Shown here piece by piece: positions 1 to 9,478 of a stretch of 18,278 bases of DNA. A model generated the notes under the pieces. The model had not been told where the DNA came from. It saw only the letters and a list, made by a program, of their open reading frames with translations, and did no database searches. Every line of letters starts with the position of its first letter. The stretch's first letter is position 1. Origin of the DNA: Prevotella sp. (GTDB lineage Bacteria; Bacteroidota; Bacteroidia; Bacteroidales; Dysgonomonadaceae); NCBI GenBank assembly GCA_031285625.1, contig JAITVV010000049.1, positions 1 to 18,278 on the forward strand, written 5' to 3'. A program made the position numbers and the translations under genes.

Positions 1-80
1 CCCAAATCCAGCGGCTGCCGATAACATATTCTGTCTCTTCAATCTCCTTCTTTTGCCTTGCCTCTCTCGGTAAGCGGATG

Positions 81-111
81 CAAAAGTAACGCTTTTTTAT
101 TTACTCGCAAA
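81..111 (-). promoter_or_regulatory. Bacteroidetes sigma-A-type promoter firing leftward out of the window
   Basis: Minus strand reads TTTG (111-108), a 19-nt spacer, then TACTTTTG (88-81). This is a full match to the Bacteroidetes -33 TTTG / -7 TAnnTTTG consensus. Confidence 0.75.
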
Positions 112-293
112 TTGTTTGACGAGAAATTTTCTATATTTTATATTTCATTGCCCGATTCCAGAAAGAATATCGAAGGTAAAACTTTTAGATACAATTATTT
201 ATATTTCCCCTGTTTTTTTGAACTTTTTTATAAACTTTTTTTATCAGACAATGGTTGGACAACAATATTTAATTTATACACTATATCTTTCAA

Positions 294-1607
294 TCAGGTT
301 TTAGATTCTAAATAACCTGTCAATTCACTAATCATATATAGAGGCAGGTTTGTCAGCCATATCTCTTCTCTGAAATCCGACATGGAAGTCCGTATTGCAA
401 TCTTGGGTTTATTCTTTTCCACAAAAGCCCGCAAGCTCTTTGACTGAAGGTTTTCAGCAGCTTTTATTTCGATGGGAACAAGTTCATTCCTATATTGTGT
501 AAGCAAATCTATTTCTGCATCCGATTTATCCGAAGACCAATAGAAAATAGAAATTTCCTTATCAATAACCAATTGTTGTAAAATATACTGTTCCGTCAAA
601 GCCCCTTTAAACTCGGTAAAAATCAGGCTGCCATCAAGCAGGGTTTTCACATCGAGGTTTGCCATAGCCCCCAACAAGCCTATATCAAGTAGATACAGCT
701 TGAAAGCACCCATATCTTCGTATGCTTTCAATGGTAAGGCCGGCTTGGTGACTCTGTTTATTTTGTATATCAGGCCGCAATCCATCAGCCAGGCCAAAGC
801 CAATTCAAATTCTTTGGCTCTGGCTCCCTGCTTTATTAAACCGTAAATGAACTTGCGGTTTTCTTTCGATAATTGAGCCGGAACAGAATTCCAGACCATA
901 CGGATACGGGGAACAATATCTACCGGAGCATGTTTTGAGAAATCCTGCTCGTATGAGTTCAGTATTTGCTGCTGGATTTGGCGTACTTCCCTGAAATCCT
1001 GATTTTTAGCATAGTTTGATACAACTTCGGGCATGCCTCCCACATAGTAATATTGCTTTAACAACTCTATGTATTTTGTTTTGAAGGTGCTTATCATTTC
1101 CCATTGCCGGGTATGAATCAAATCGTTCAAATCGTTTTCACCCAATGCTTCTAAAAACTCAGTGAAGCTAAGAGGGTATAAATCGAGGAATTCAACTTTC
1201 CCTACCGGAAAAGATGTATTCCCGTGTAATGCGATTCCCAATAAAGAACCTGCCGCTACAATATGGTATTCGGGAGCATTTTCCCTAAAATATTTCAATG
1301 AAGTCAAAGCTCTCTCCGCTTCCTGTATCTCATCAAATATTATCAGTGTTTTACCGGGCTTCGGCTTTATCCCTGTCGCGATTTGGATAGCCAGCAAGAT
1401 ACGTGGTATATCGAAATCATTTGAAAACAGTGTTTTTAGTTGTTGATTGTCTTCAAAATTTATATAGGAAAAATTCTCATACTCTGTTTTGGCAAATTCT
1501 TTCATCAGCCATGTCTTTCCAACTTGGCGAGCACCCCTTATGATAAGGGGTTTTCGTGTGTCTTTTTGTTTCCATTTTTGTAAGAAACCTAATGCCGTTC
1601 TTCTCAT
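294..1607 (-). CDS. AAA+ ATPase (AAA_14) with C-terminal DUF4143 / PD-(D/E)XK-like domain
   Basis: 437 aa. Walker A GARQVGKT, Walker B IIFDEIQ, GGMPEVV motif, and a C-terminal EIDLL...PIEIK nuclease-like motif typical of AAA_14+DUF4143 proteins. Confidence 0.9.
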   Translation of the reverse strand: MRRTALGFLQKWKQKDTRKPLIIRGARQVGKTWLMKEFAKTEYENFSYINFEDNQQLKTLFSNDFDIPRILLAIQIATGIKPKPGKTLIIFDEIQEAERALTSLKYFRENAPEYHIVAAGSLLGIALHGNTSFPVGKVEFLDLYPLSFTEFLEALGENDLNDLIHTRQWEMISTFKTKYIELLKQYYYVGGMPEVVSNYAKNQDFREVRQIQQQILNSYEQDFSKHAPVDIVPRIRMVWNSVPAQLSKENRKFIYGLIKQGARAKEFELALAWLMDCGLIYKINRVTKPALPLKAYEDMGAFKLYLLDIGLLGAMANLDVKTLLDGSLIFTEFKGALTEQYILQQLVIDKEISIFYWSSDKSDAEIDLLTQYRNELVPIEIKAAENLQSKSLRAFVEKNKPKIAIRTSMSDFREEIWLTNLPLYMISELTGYLESKT

Positions 1608-1658
1608 ATATCAGATTATTTCTTTTTATTTTACATTTTTACCATACGACTTTACGTA

Positions 1659-1692
1659 CAAATATACATTTTTATTCCATATATTTATGGAA
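1659..1692 (-). promoter_or_regulatory. Putative promoter of the ATPase gene with overlapping palindrome
   Basis: CAAATATA at 1659-1666 reads TATATTTG (TAnnTTTG) on the minus strand. Inverted repeat TTCCATA-tatt-TATGGAA at 1675-1692 covers the expected -33 region. Confidence 0.5.
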
Positions 1693-1836
1693 AACGACAC
1701 ACTTTTTTTTGTATTTTTTATCCCATTTTTATTATAATGAAAGTTATCCGTTCCGCTTACTTCCCTCCTATTATGCTTTTGCTTGTAAGTAGACCAGTAC
1801 TATCTTTATCAATTGCATACGTTTACTCAGATCCGG

Positions 1837-3498
1837 TTAATAAGCTTCGTTGCTATTGCCTGCACATGTCCCGATTCTTTTTACCGTAGTTTCAAAATCA
1901 TCCCGTGCTATTTTTGTTTTGTTTTTCACCTTTGCCCTATAATTGTAGATTGTGTTCACAGAATACCCCAAGAATTTTGCGATCATGGAACTATCCTCTA
2001 CTCCAAGCCTGATGAATGCGAAAATGCGTAATTCTATATTAAGCTCTCCCTTTTTAGGTACGATTTTCTCGTCATCCTGCAATAGGTTATTGAATTCATC
2101 TACAAAGTCGGGGTATATGTGTAAAAATATTTTGTCAAAATTAGAGTATAATTCATTCCTCTCAATTTCTTTCAGGTCGTTTACTCTGGTCAACTTTACC
2201 AACTCGGACATTTGGCCTCCTGAAAGCTTTTTGCTTACCATTTTACGATAATCGTCAAGTTTATCTATATATCCGGAACATAACCCCATAAAATATCCTA
2301 TATACTTTTCTTTAATATGGTTGGCTTCAGCCAAGTCTAGATTTGTTACACTCATCTGTTCGTTCATTTTCTTACGGAGGTCGTTAAGTGAGTTTAACCG
2401 TTCATTTATTTCTTTAATCTTTCTGTTCGTTACGGATTGTTTTCTCATTGACCTGTAGACGAAGATCAGAGCGGAAAGCAACAAGAGTACCAGCACCGCA
2501 ATAAAAAAGAGGAGAAGGCGTAGCTTTTGAATGAGTATGTCATTCTGATTTTGGTAAGATTCATAGATAATACCCTGCCTGTTGAAAATCCCAGCTTTCC
2601 TCAATCTGGAGTTATAGTCATTAGTATTCTCTTGTAAAAAACGGATATATCTATAAGCCCGTTCTATATCACCCTCTTCATATAAAATATTTGCCAGATT
2701 AGATAAGGCGGCATTATCCTTATTCAATGTTTCAATATCTGTCAGTGCCGAAAGAATTAAATTTTTTTTTTGCATAAAAGTATCCCCCAATATCCGATAA
2801 GCCTGAAACCGGTGAAAAGTAACCAATGCATATTTAGATATTCCCTGTTCGGTAAGGCGCAATCGTTTATCATTTATGGCTAATGCTTCCTTCCCTTTGC
2901 CGGCCTGCCTCAATAGGGTTTCTTCAAGCCTGAGATATTCTTCTGATTCAGGATTTATAATGTTACGCAGGGAGTCTTGGTATGCTTCATAGAGTGTTTG
3001 ATACTCTTTTCCTCTTCTTTTGTCCTGAGTGTAAAAAGAGAGACCACTATATAAATACCTATGGCATAAATAATAATCTATCAATTGAAATTTATTTAAT
3101 TTTTGTCTATCAATATTACTTAAGGCATCCGCAGCTTCTTTATATAATCCTAACGATGCGAGTATAGACGACAATTCCATATTTGTCTCATATATTCTTT
3201 CTTTGTCGTTTAATTCAATGGCAATATTCAGGTTTTCATTTAGATAATATATCGCCGAATCAGCCATGTAAGAGTAATATTCCATAGCCAGCTGTCGATT
3301 AATCCAGTACATGTTGTTTAAGGATATATCTTTGTTCAATTTATCTCTTTTGAGAGTATTTAGTTTCTTTTCCTTGAATTCTGTATATTGGTTATGATTT
3401 ACTATCCTTTTATCCAGCACATTGAAGAGCGAATCCAATTCATTGCTAAATAGGAAAGAAGAATACAGGTTGAGGAATAAAAAAAGAAATAGTTTCAT
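1837..3498 (-). CDS. SusR-like transmembrane sensor/transcriptional regulator (DUF6377 family)
   Basis: 553 aa. Signal peptide, helical TPR-like periplasmic region, single TM helix (LLLFFIAVLVLLLLSALIFVY), coiled coil, and C-terminal ELRIFAFIRLG...IAKFLGYSVNTIYNYR HTH characteristic of SusR/DUF6377. Divergent from susC. Confidence 0.9.
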   Translation of the reverse strand: MKLFLFLFLNLYSSFLFSNELDSLFNVLDKRIVNHNQYTEFKEKKLNTLKRDKLNKDISLNNMYWINRQLAMEYYSYMADSAIYYLNENLNIAIELNDKERIYETNMELSSILASLGLYKEAADALSNIDRQKLNKFQLIDYYLCHRYLYSGLSFYTQDKRRGKEYQTLYEAYQDSLRNIINPESEEYLRLEETLLRQAGKGKEALAINDKRLRLTEQGISKYALVTFHRFQAYRILGDTFMQKKNLILSALTDIETLNKDNAALSNLANILYEEGDIERAYRYIRFLQENTNDYNSRLRKAGIFNRQGIIYESYQNQNDILIQKLRLLLFFIAVLVLLLLSALIFVYRSMRKQSVTNRKIKEINERLNSLNDLRKKMNEQMSVTNLDLAEANHIKEKYIGYFMGLCSGYIDKLDDYRKMVSKKLSGGQMSELVKLTRVNDLKEIERNELYSNFDKIFLHIYPDFVDEFNNLLQDDEKIVPKKGELNIELRIFAFIRLGVEDSSMIAKFLGYSVNTIYNYRAKVKNKTKIARDDFETTVKRIGTCAGNSNEAY

Positions 3499-3603
3499 TC
3501 GTGGATGTGACTTTTCTTCTTAGGATTTAGAATATGTGATTAACTTTTATTTTTTCAACAGGAAAACAGAACTTGTCCCGGGCTTATCCTTATAGAAAAC
3601 ATA

Positions 3604-3635
3604 CAAATATACGAATTTACGAAAAATAACATCAA
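3604..3635 (-). promoter_or_regulatory. Putative promoter of the susR-like gene
   Basis: CAAATATA at 3604-3611 reads TATATTTG on the minus strand, with a TTG (CAA 3633-3635) 21 nt upstream. Confidence 0.55.
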
Positions 3636-3713
3636 TCTTGTTCTTTGTAAAATTACTATTTCCTAATATTTCGATGTTTTATGTCTGCACATGCATATGA
3701 TCTGTCAAATAGT

Positions 3714-3821
3714 ATCCACTTTTTTAAATCTATAACTTATTGTTATTGAACTACATTATACTGTTAAAATCCACTATTCCCCCCCCTGAAAATATAAACA
3801 TCTACTTAATACCCATATTTG
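3714..3821 (+). promoter_or_regulatory. Activator-dependent PUL promoter with candidate SusR boxes
   Basis: ATCCACT at 3714-3720 and 3769-3775, ATCTACT at 3800-3806, near-consensus -7 element CATATTTG at 3814-3821, and no consensus -33 TTTG. Confidence 0.5.
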
Positions 3822-3865
3822 TAAAAGTTTGCGAATATTTCATTAACTTAAATTTTTTAATACAC

Positions 3866-6800
3866 ATGAAAAGAAACCTATTTCGAAGGAGAATAGTTCA
3901 CAGTCTCCTTGTGTGTCTCGCCCTTTTATGTTTTGACATAGGCCTATATGCTCAAAATGTGATTACAGTAGAGGGTGTGGTTGCAGATAAGAACACCAAA
4001 GAACCTCTTATCGGAGTGACTGTATCGGAAAAAGGTACTACTAATGGTACGATGACTGATTTAGATGGAAATTTTACATTAAAAGCCAAACAAGGTGCGG
4101 TACTGGTATTCACAAGTATCGGCTATAAACCTGTGGAACATCCGGTTTCTTCCAAAATGAATGTTGTGATGGAAGAGGATTCCAAAATACTGGACGATGT
4201 TGTGGTAGTCGGTTATGGAGTCCAGAAAAAGGTAAACCTTACAGGCGCTATCGCTGCTATGGATGGTTCGGCCATAGCAGCGAAATCTTCATCCGATGTA
4301 CTTTCGGCTATGCAGGGTGAGATGCCGGGTGTTGCCGTATTGAGAAGTAGCGGTAAACCCGGATCGGAAACATCAGGGATGCGTGTGCGTGGTTTTTCGT
4401 CTATAAATAATGTTTCGGCTCTAGTGCTGATCGATGGAGTTGAAGGAGATTTGACATTACTCAACCCTAACGATATTGCTAATATATCCGTGTTGAAAGA
4501 TGCGGCAGCAGCTGCTATTTATGGAGCGCGTGCAGCAGGTGGAGTTGTTTTGGTTACAACAAAGTCCGGACAGGAAGGTAAAACCCGTATTTCATATAAT
4601 GGCTACTTCGCGGCTAATACACCGTCAAACATGCCGGAACGTTTGCCGGCTTGGGAAGAACAAAAATTTATAAACGAATCCCGTATTCAAGCAAATGGAT
4701 CGCCGGAGTGGAATGATGAAATGTCATCATGGGTGGCCAATCCTAACTTTAACTATCGTCCGAATAATACGAACGGGCGTTGGGATTTCTTTCAGTCTAC
4801 AAACTGGATTGCCGAAGGTGTACGTGATTATTCGACTCAGCAAAGCCATGCCGTATCCATCTCGGGAGGAAGTAAAGATATTAATTACCTTATATCCGGG
4901 AACTTCTTTACAAAAGGAGGGATATTGAAATATGGACCGGATAAAAATGAACGTTACAATTTACGCATAAAGCTGGGAGCTAATTTGAATAAATATATGG
5001 AACTGGCTATAAATGCCAGCTATAATGGCAAATTTGTAGAAACAAATCCATATAAAGCAGAGAGTCTCTTGGAGCGTTTGTATCGTGTACGAGGCCGTCA
5101 GCCTATTTTCAATCCGGAAGAAGATATAAATTATGACGAACATCCATATAATGGAGACTTGCAGGTTAATCCGATAGATATCATGAAAAATGGAGGCTTG
5201 AATGAAAACCGTTATGAAGCATACGTTGGAAAAGGAGAGTTGACAATCAAAAATGTGGTAGAGGGGCTTCGTGTTAAATTAAGCGCTTCCCGCCAGGCAG
5301 GTTATTACAATAGTAAGATAACCAAACCTACTATTATTTGGTACGACAGGTTGGGTACAACAGAGCGTTTTTCCGCAAACAAACCGAATTCTTTGGAAAA
5401 AGTAAAAAACTATGATTTTCATGATAATTTCGAAGCATTGGCATATTATGATTTGAAATTTAATAAACATACATTCAATTTATTAGCAGGCAGTACCTAT
5501 GAAAATTATCGGAAAGACGAAATGAAAGGGCTTGCCAAGAACCTTAATGCTAATGATTTTTTTACATTTAACTCATATGATACATCCCTACCTACGAATA
5601 CGGAATTGACCGATAAAGTAGAGACTTGGGCTATGATGTCATATTTCGGACGGTTGAATTATAATTTCAATGACCGATATTTATTTGAAGCTAATATACG
5701 TTATGATGGTAGCTCGCAATTAGCTCCGGATGCGCGTTGGCTTGCTTTTCCGTCCTTATCTGTAGGATGGCGTATAAATGAAGAATCTTGGTTCAATGTT
5801 AATAGTATTGAAAACTTGAAACTACGTGCATCATGGGGACAACTCGGTATTGGTGCAAACATGGGGGATGGCCGTATATACGAATATATGTCATTACTTA
5901 CATCGGGAACATGGTTAGGCAATGGTTATTTCTACGAAAAAACTCTTGCCTCGAAAGAAAAGTCGTGGGAAACTCTCGAAACTACTAATGTGGGGCTCGA
6001 TCTCAATATGCTATCCGGACGTTTGAGTTTTGTAGGAGACTATTATTGGAAGACCAATAATGACATGTTAATTGATTACAATTTACCAAATCTTGTTGGT
6101 GTCGGCGCCCCTAAGGGCAATATCGGACGTTTAAAGACATGGGGATGGGAGATTCAGGTAGGATGGAGAGATAAAATTGGTAAGGTAAGTTACCAAGCCA
6201 GTTTCAATTTAGCCGACAGTCAGAATGAACTGGTTGAACTTAATAATTCTCGTAATATTAGTGCAGGAGCAAAGGATAGGATCGAAGGATACCCTTTGAA
6301 TACCATTTGGGGATATAAGACAGACGGGTATTGGTCGAGCCGTCAGGAATATTTGGATTATAAAGCTGCTAATCCGGGTTATCAGTCATTCAATGATGCG
6401 AAAGTTGGCGCCGGTGATGTAAAGTATGTTGCACAGGGTAAAGCAGATCACACAATAGGCGCAGGTGGAGGGACTCCCGATAATCCCGGAGACCTTGTCT
6501 ATCTAGGCGACTCTAATGGCCGTTATTTATATGGGTTCAATCTTTCGTTACAGTGGAATAACTTCGATTTTTCAATGCTGTGGCAAGGTGTAGCTAAACG
6601 AAAGTTGCTTATAGAAACCAATACTATTGCTCCGTTTCAGGCTACTGCCAATATGCCCTGGACTATACATCGTGATTATTGGACTCCGGAAAATACCGAT
6701 GCATTTTGGCCTCGTCTCTATAATCAGAATACATTTAATTATGAGCCATCTGATAAATGGGTGCAAAATGCAGCCTATATTCGTCTCAAAAATATACAAG

Positions 6801-6985
6801 TAGGTTATAATATACCGGTTAAGAAGACTGTATTAGAGAAAGTGAGGGTTTATTTGTCAGGTGATGATGTTTGGGAACACACAGATCTGCTGAAAGTGTT
6901 TGACCCTGAGGTTGGGAACAAAGCATCTGCCAGTTATTATCCGTTCTTCCGGACGTGGTCTGTTGGAGTGAATGTAACATTTTAA
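3866..6985 (+). CDS. susC: SusC/RagA family TonB-dependent outer-membrane transporter
   Basis: Start reassigned to ATG 3866 (MKRNLF..., signal peptide ending LYA-Q). CarboxypepD_reg-like N-domain, VVVGYGVQKK, plug motif NPNDIANISVLKDAAAAAIYGARAAGGVVLVTTK, and terminal ...GVNVTF. Confidence 0.96.
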   Translation: MKRNLFRRRIVHSLLVCLALLCFDIGLYAQNVITVEGVVADKNTKEPLIGVTVSEKGTTNGTMTDLDGNFTLKAKQGAVLVFTSIGYKPVEHPVSSKMNVVMEEDSKILDDVVVVGYGVQKKVNLTGAIAAMDGSAIAAKSSSDVLSAMQGEMPGVAVLRSSGKPGSETSGMRVRGFSSINNVSALVLIDGVEGDLTLLNPNDIANISVLKDAAAAAIYGARAAGGVVLVTTKSGQEGKTRISYNGYFAANTPSNMPERLPAWEEQKFINESRIQANGSPEWNDEMSSWVANPNFNYRPNNTNGRWDFFQSTNWIAEGVRDYSTQQSHAVSISGGSKDINYLISGNFFTKGGILKYGPDKNERYNLRIKLGANLNKYMELAINASYNGKFVETNPYKAESLLERLYRVRGRQPIFNPEEDINYDEHPYNGDLQVNPIDIMKNGGLNENRYEAYVGKGELTIKNVVEGLRVKLSASRQAGYYNSKITKPTIIWYDRLGTTERFSANKPNSLEKVKNYDFHDNFEALAYYDLKFNKHTFNLLAGSTYENYRKDEMKGLAKNLNANDFFTFNSYDTSLPTNTELTDKVETWAMMSYFGRLNYNFNDRYLFEANIRYDGSSQLAPDARWLAFPSLSVGWRINEESWFNVNSIENLKLRASWGQLGIGANMGDGRIYEYMSLLTSGTWLGNGYFYEKTLASKEKSWETLETTNVGLDLNMLSGRLSFVGDYYWKTNNDMLIDYNLPNLVGVGAPKGNIGRLKTWGWEIQVGWRDKIGKVSYQASFNLADSQNELVELNNSRNISAGAKDRIEGYPLNTIWGYKTDGYWSSRQEYLDYKAANPGYQSFNDAKVGAGDVKYVAQGKADHTIGAGGGTPDNPGDLVYLGDSNGRYLYGFNLSLQWNNFDFSMLWQGVAKRKLLIETNTIAPFQATANMPWTIHRDYWTPENTDAFWPRLYNQNTFNYEPSDKWVQNAAYIRLKNIQVGYNIPVKKTVLEKVRVYLSGDDVWEHTDLLKVFDPEVGNKASASYYPFFRTWSVGVNVTF

Positions 6986-6997
6986 TTGTCGTTAATT

Positions 6998-8683
6998 ATG
7001 AAAAAATTATATCTAATAATAGCTACTGTATTGTGTTTTTCAAGTTGTGACTTGGATAAATTACCGGAAACAGATCTTCCTGATAATAAATTTTGGAAAA
7101 CGGAAAATGATTTACGTGCTGCATGTAATACTATGTATAATCAGTTAGCCGGATTCTATTATGCATCTAATGGTAGTAATAATAGCCGCACATGGCATGA
7201 TAATCGTTCTGATGAATTGGTGGGCACTTCAGCGAACGGTACATCGGCCGGAAACCGGACTGTTCCGTCAACATCCGTTCACGAATGGACAGACCCTTAT
7301 ACTCGTATTTTTGCAGCAAACGATATTATATTGAAGGCTTCAAGAGCCAGGGTTGAGGAGGGTGTATTAAATCGTTATTTGGCAGAAGCATATTTTTTCC
7401 GTGCATACTATTACTTTATGCTGGTAAAGTTCTATGGAGATGTACCTTTGTCTTTGAAAGCTATTCAGGATCCCAATGATCCGGATATGTATATCGGTCG
7501 CACACCTCGTGAGCAGGTTATACAACAATGCTATAAAGATTTGGAGTTTGCCGCGCAATGGTTACCAACGAGAGTTGCCATATCAGATGCAGACTGGGGT
7601 CGTGTAATGCGCTCGAGCGCATTGGGTATGATTGTTCGAATAGGCTTGTATGAAGGGACTTTCTCTAAATACCACGCTTTGGGTGGCGATTATAAAACTC
7701 ATTTGAAAAAGTCGATAGATGCCGCTGAACTGTTGATGAAAGAAGGACATGACCTTTATCCTGATTTCCAAAAATTGTTTTATTTCGATGGAGAAGGTAA
7801 ACAAAACAAGGAAAGCGTATTTGTAAAGATATATGGGCCGAATGGTAATGGAACAACGGTTCATGCACGATCTAGAACTATGGAGAATGGAGTTTCTATA
7901 ACACGCCAAATGATCGATCTATTTTTATATAGAGATGGCTTGCCCCGTGAAAAATCACCGTTGAAAATTGCAAGTGAAACAAGCTTCGACGATGCTTTTA
8001 AAGATAGGGATCCTCGTTTGAAAATGACAGCTTTCTGTTTAGAAGATAAAGATGCATTTAAAGGAGCTTATACTCCATTTGTAAATCAACATGGCAATGG
8101 CTATTCTATCAAAAAAGGTTTTATGTTGAGCGAATGGACTACTGTAAGTAAGGAAACTGTGGATAATATGATTATCCGCTATGCAGAAATACTCATATCT
8201 TATGCCGAAGCATTATATGAATATAATGGATCGATAACAGACGATCAGCTGGAAAAGACAGTAAATAAGCTGCGCAGCAGAGTTGGGCTTACCGTAAAAC
8301 TTACAAATGACTTCGTTACTGCAAATTCATTGAATATGCTGGATGAAATCCGGCGCGAACGTACAGTAGAATTTATAGATGAAGGATTCCGTTATGATGA
8401 TATTATGCGTTGGAAAATTGCAGAGAAAGTATTGCCTGTGGCCATGATTGGAGCCAAATACGTTGAAGGCGAAACAAGCAAAGCCCGTAAAGATTTAGCA
8501 AATCGCCTGACTGATGCTAATGGTAAGTTAAATGGAGTACAAGTCTCGGATCAGGCCGATATGTATGTTATCGAATTAGCCAATACACGCAAGTTCGATG
8601 TTAAGAAAGATTATTTATATCCTGTTCCTTTGAATGAAATATCAATGTCTCGGGAAAATATTATACAAAATCCTAACTGGTAA
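6998..8683 (+). CDS. susD: SusD/RagB family glycan-binding lipoprotein
   Basis: Start ATG 6998 (MKKLYL...FSSC lipobox). Motifs AEAYFFRAYYYFMLVKFYGDVP, RDPRL, IRYAEILISYAEA, IRRERTVEFIDEGFRYDDIMRW, and C-terminal QNPNW. Confidence 0.96.
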   Translation: MKKLYLIIATVLCFSSCDLDKLPETDLPDNKFWKTENDLRAACNTMYNQLAGFYYASNGSNNSRTWHDNRSDELVGTSANGTSAGNRTVPSTSVHEWTDPYTRIFAANDIILKASRARVEEGVLNRYLAEAYFFRAYYYFMLVKFYGDVPLSLKAIQDPNDPDMYIGRTPREQVIQQCYKDLEFAAQWLPTRVAISDADWGRVMRSSALGMIVRIGLYEGTFSKYHALGGDYKTHLKKSIDAAELLMKEGHDLYPDFQKLFYFDGEGKQNKESVFVKIYGPNGNGTTVHARSRTMENGVSITRQMIDLFLYRDGLPREKSPLKIASETSFDDAFKDRDPRLKMTAFCLEDKDAFKGAYTPFVNQHGNGYSIKKGFMLSEWTTVSKETVDNMIIRYAEILISYAEALYEYNGSITDDQLEKTVNKLRSRVGLTVKLTNDFVTANSLNMLDEIRRERTVEFIDEGFRYDDIMRWKIAEKVLPVAMIGAKYVEGETSKARKDLANRLTDANGKLNGVQVSDQADMYVIELANTRKFDVKKDYLYPVPLNEISMSRENIIQNPNW

Positions 8684-8693
8684 AATTTGAATT

Positions 8694-9332
8694 ATGAAAA
8701 AAATATTATACTTATTGATGACAACAGTTCTTTGCTTCACTTTCACAAATTGTAGTGATGATGACTGGAGTGATGGAGACCCGGCAATGGAGCATATTTA
8801 TTATGTAGGATTTGAGAAATGGTTTACTAAAACGGCTAATGATATATCATACAGTGTTAAAGAGCAGATAACTATTCCAATATCCATTCAGTACTATAGC
8901 GAACGTTTACGTTCTTATGATGTTGCTACATATTATTATGTCAGTTCCGAAGGTCTCTCTCTTGGTTCAGACTATCAGGTGGTAGATGATAAAGGTGCGG
9001 TTGTACAACCCGACTCTAAAGGCGCTTTTAGATTAGAATGGCCCCAGTCTAAGAAAGGTGTTCAAGTAGTATATGTGAAAACAATTAATGCGAAACATAT
9101 ATATGATGAAAGTAAACTTGACTTTACGGGTATGACCGAAAAGGAAAAACAAGATGCCATAGCTAAAGAAAAAGAAAGAATCCGTCAGTTGAACTCATTC
9201 AAAGTTTTGACATTCGATCCCGGAGCCGGTGCAATATCTCATCCTGATAATATTGTTAATAGTAAAACAAATGATTACGAGGTGAGATCTTTTACTCAAA
9301 ATTACTTTCAAACAGTATTTATAAGTAAGTAA
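8694..9332 (+). CDS. Uncharacterised surface lipoprotein (SusE-position, probable surface glycan-binding/accessory protein)
   Basis: 212 aa. Lipobox FTNC followed by acidic SDDD resembling the Bacteroidetes lipoprotein export signal. Lies directly after susD. No catalytic motif recognised. Confidence 0.75.
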   Translation: MKKILYLLMTTVLCFTFTNCSDDDWSDGDPAMEHIYYVGFEKWFTKTANDISYSVKEQITIPISIQYYSERLRSYDVATYYYVSSEGLSLGSDYQVVDDKGAVVQPDSKGAFRLEWPQSKKGVQVVYVKTINAKHIYDESKLDFTGMTEKEKQDAIAKEKERIRQLNSFKVLTFDPGAGAISHPDNIVNSKTNDYEVRSFTQNYFQTVFISK

Positions 9333-9345
9333 AAAGAAATATTTG

Positions 9346-9386
9346 AAAGAGGCAGGATTATTCTTTGTATCTTGCCTCTTTTTCTT
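9346..9386 (+). terminator. Intrinsic terminator / stabilising hairpin after susC-susD-lipoprotein
   Basis: AAAGAGGCAGGAT (9346-9358) pairs with ATCTTGCCTCTTT (9369-9381), 13 bp with one G.U, followed by TTCTT. Confidence 0.7.
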
Positions 9387-9478
9387 AATCAATTAAACAA
9401 TGAGGCAGGCTTTTAGAGCTACATTTCTTTTATTTCAGTTTCTGTTTTTTATCTGTAACTGCTTTAACAATAGTAAAT

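Noticed and set aside
3740-3865. 42-aa N-terminal extension of SusC from the TTG at 3740
   Set aside because: It overlaps the promoter/operator region. ATG 3866 gives a normal signal peptide.
6986-6997. TTG start of SusD
   Set aside because: ATG 6998 yields a canonical MKK lipoprotein signal.
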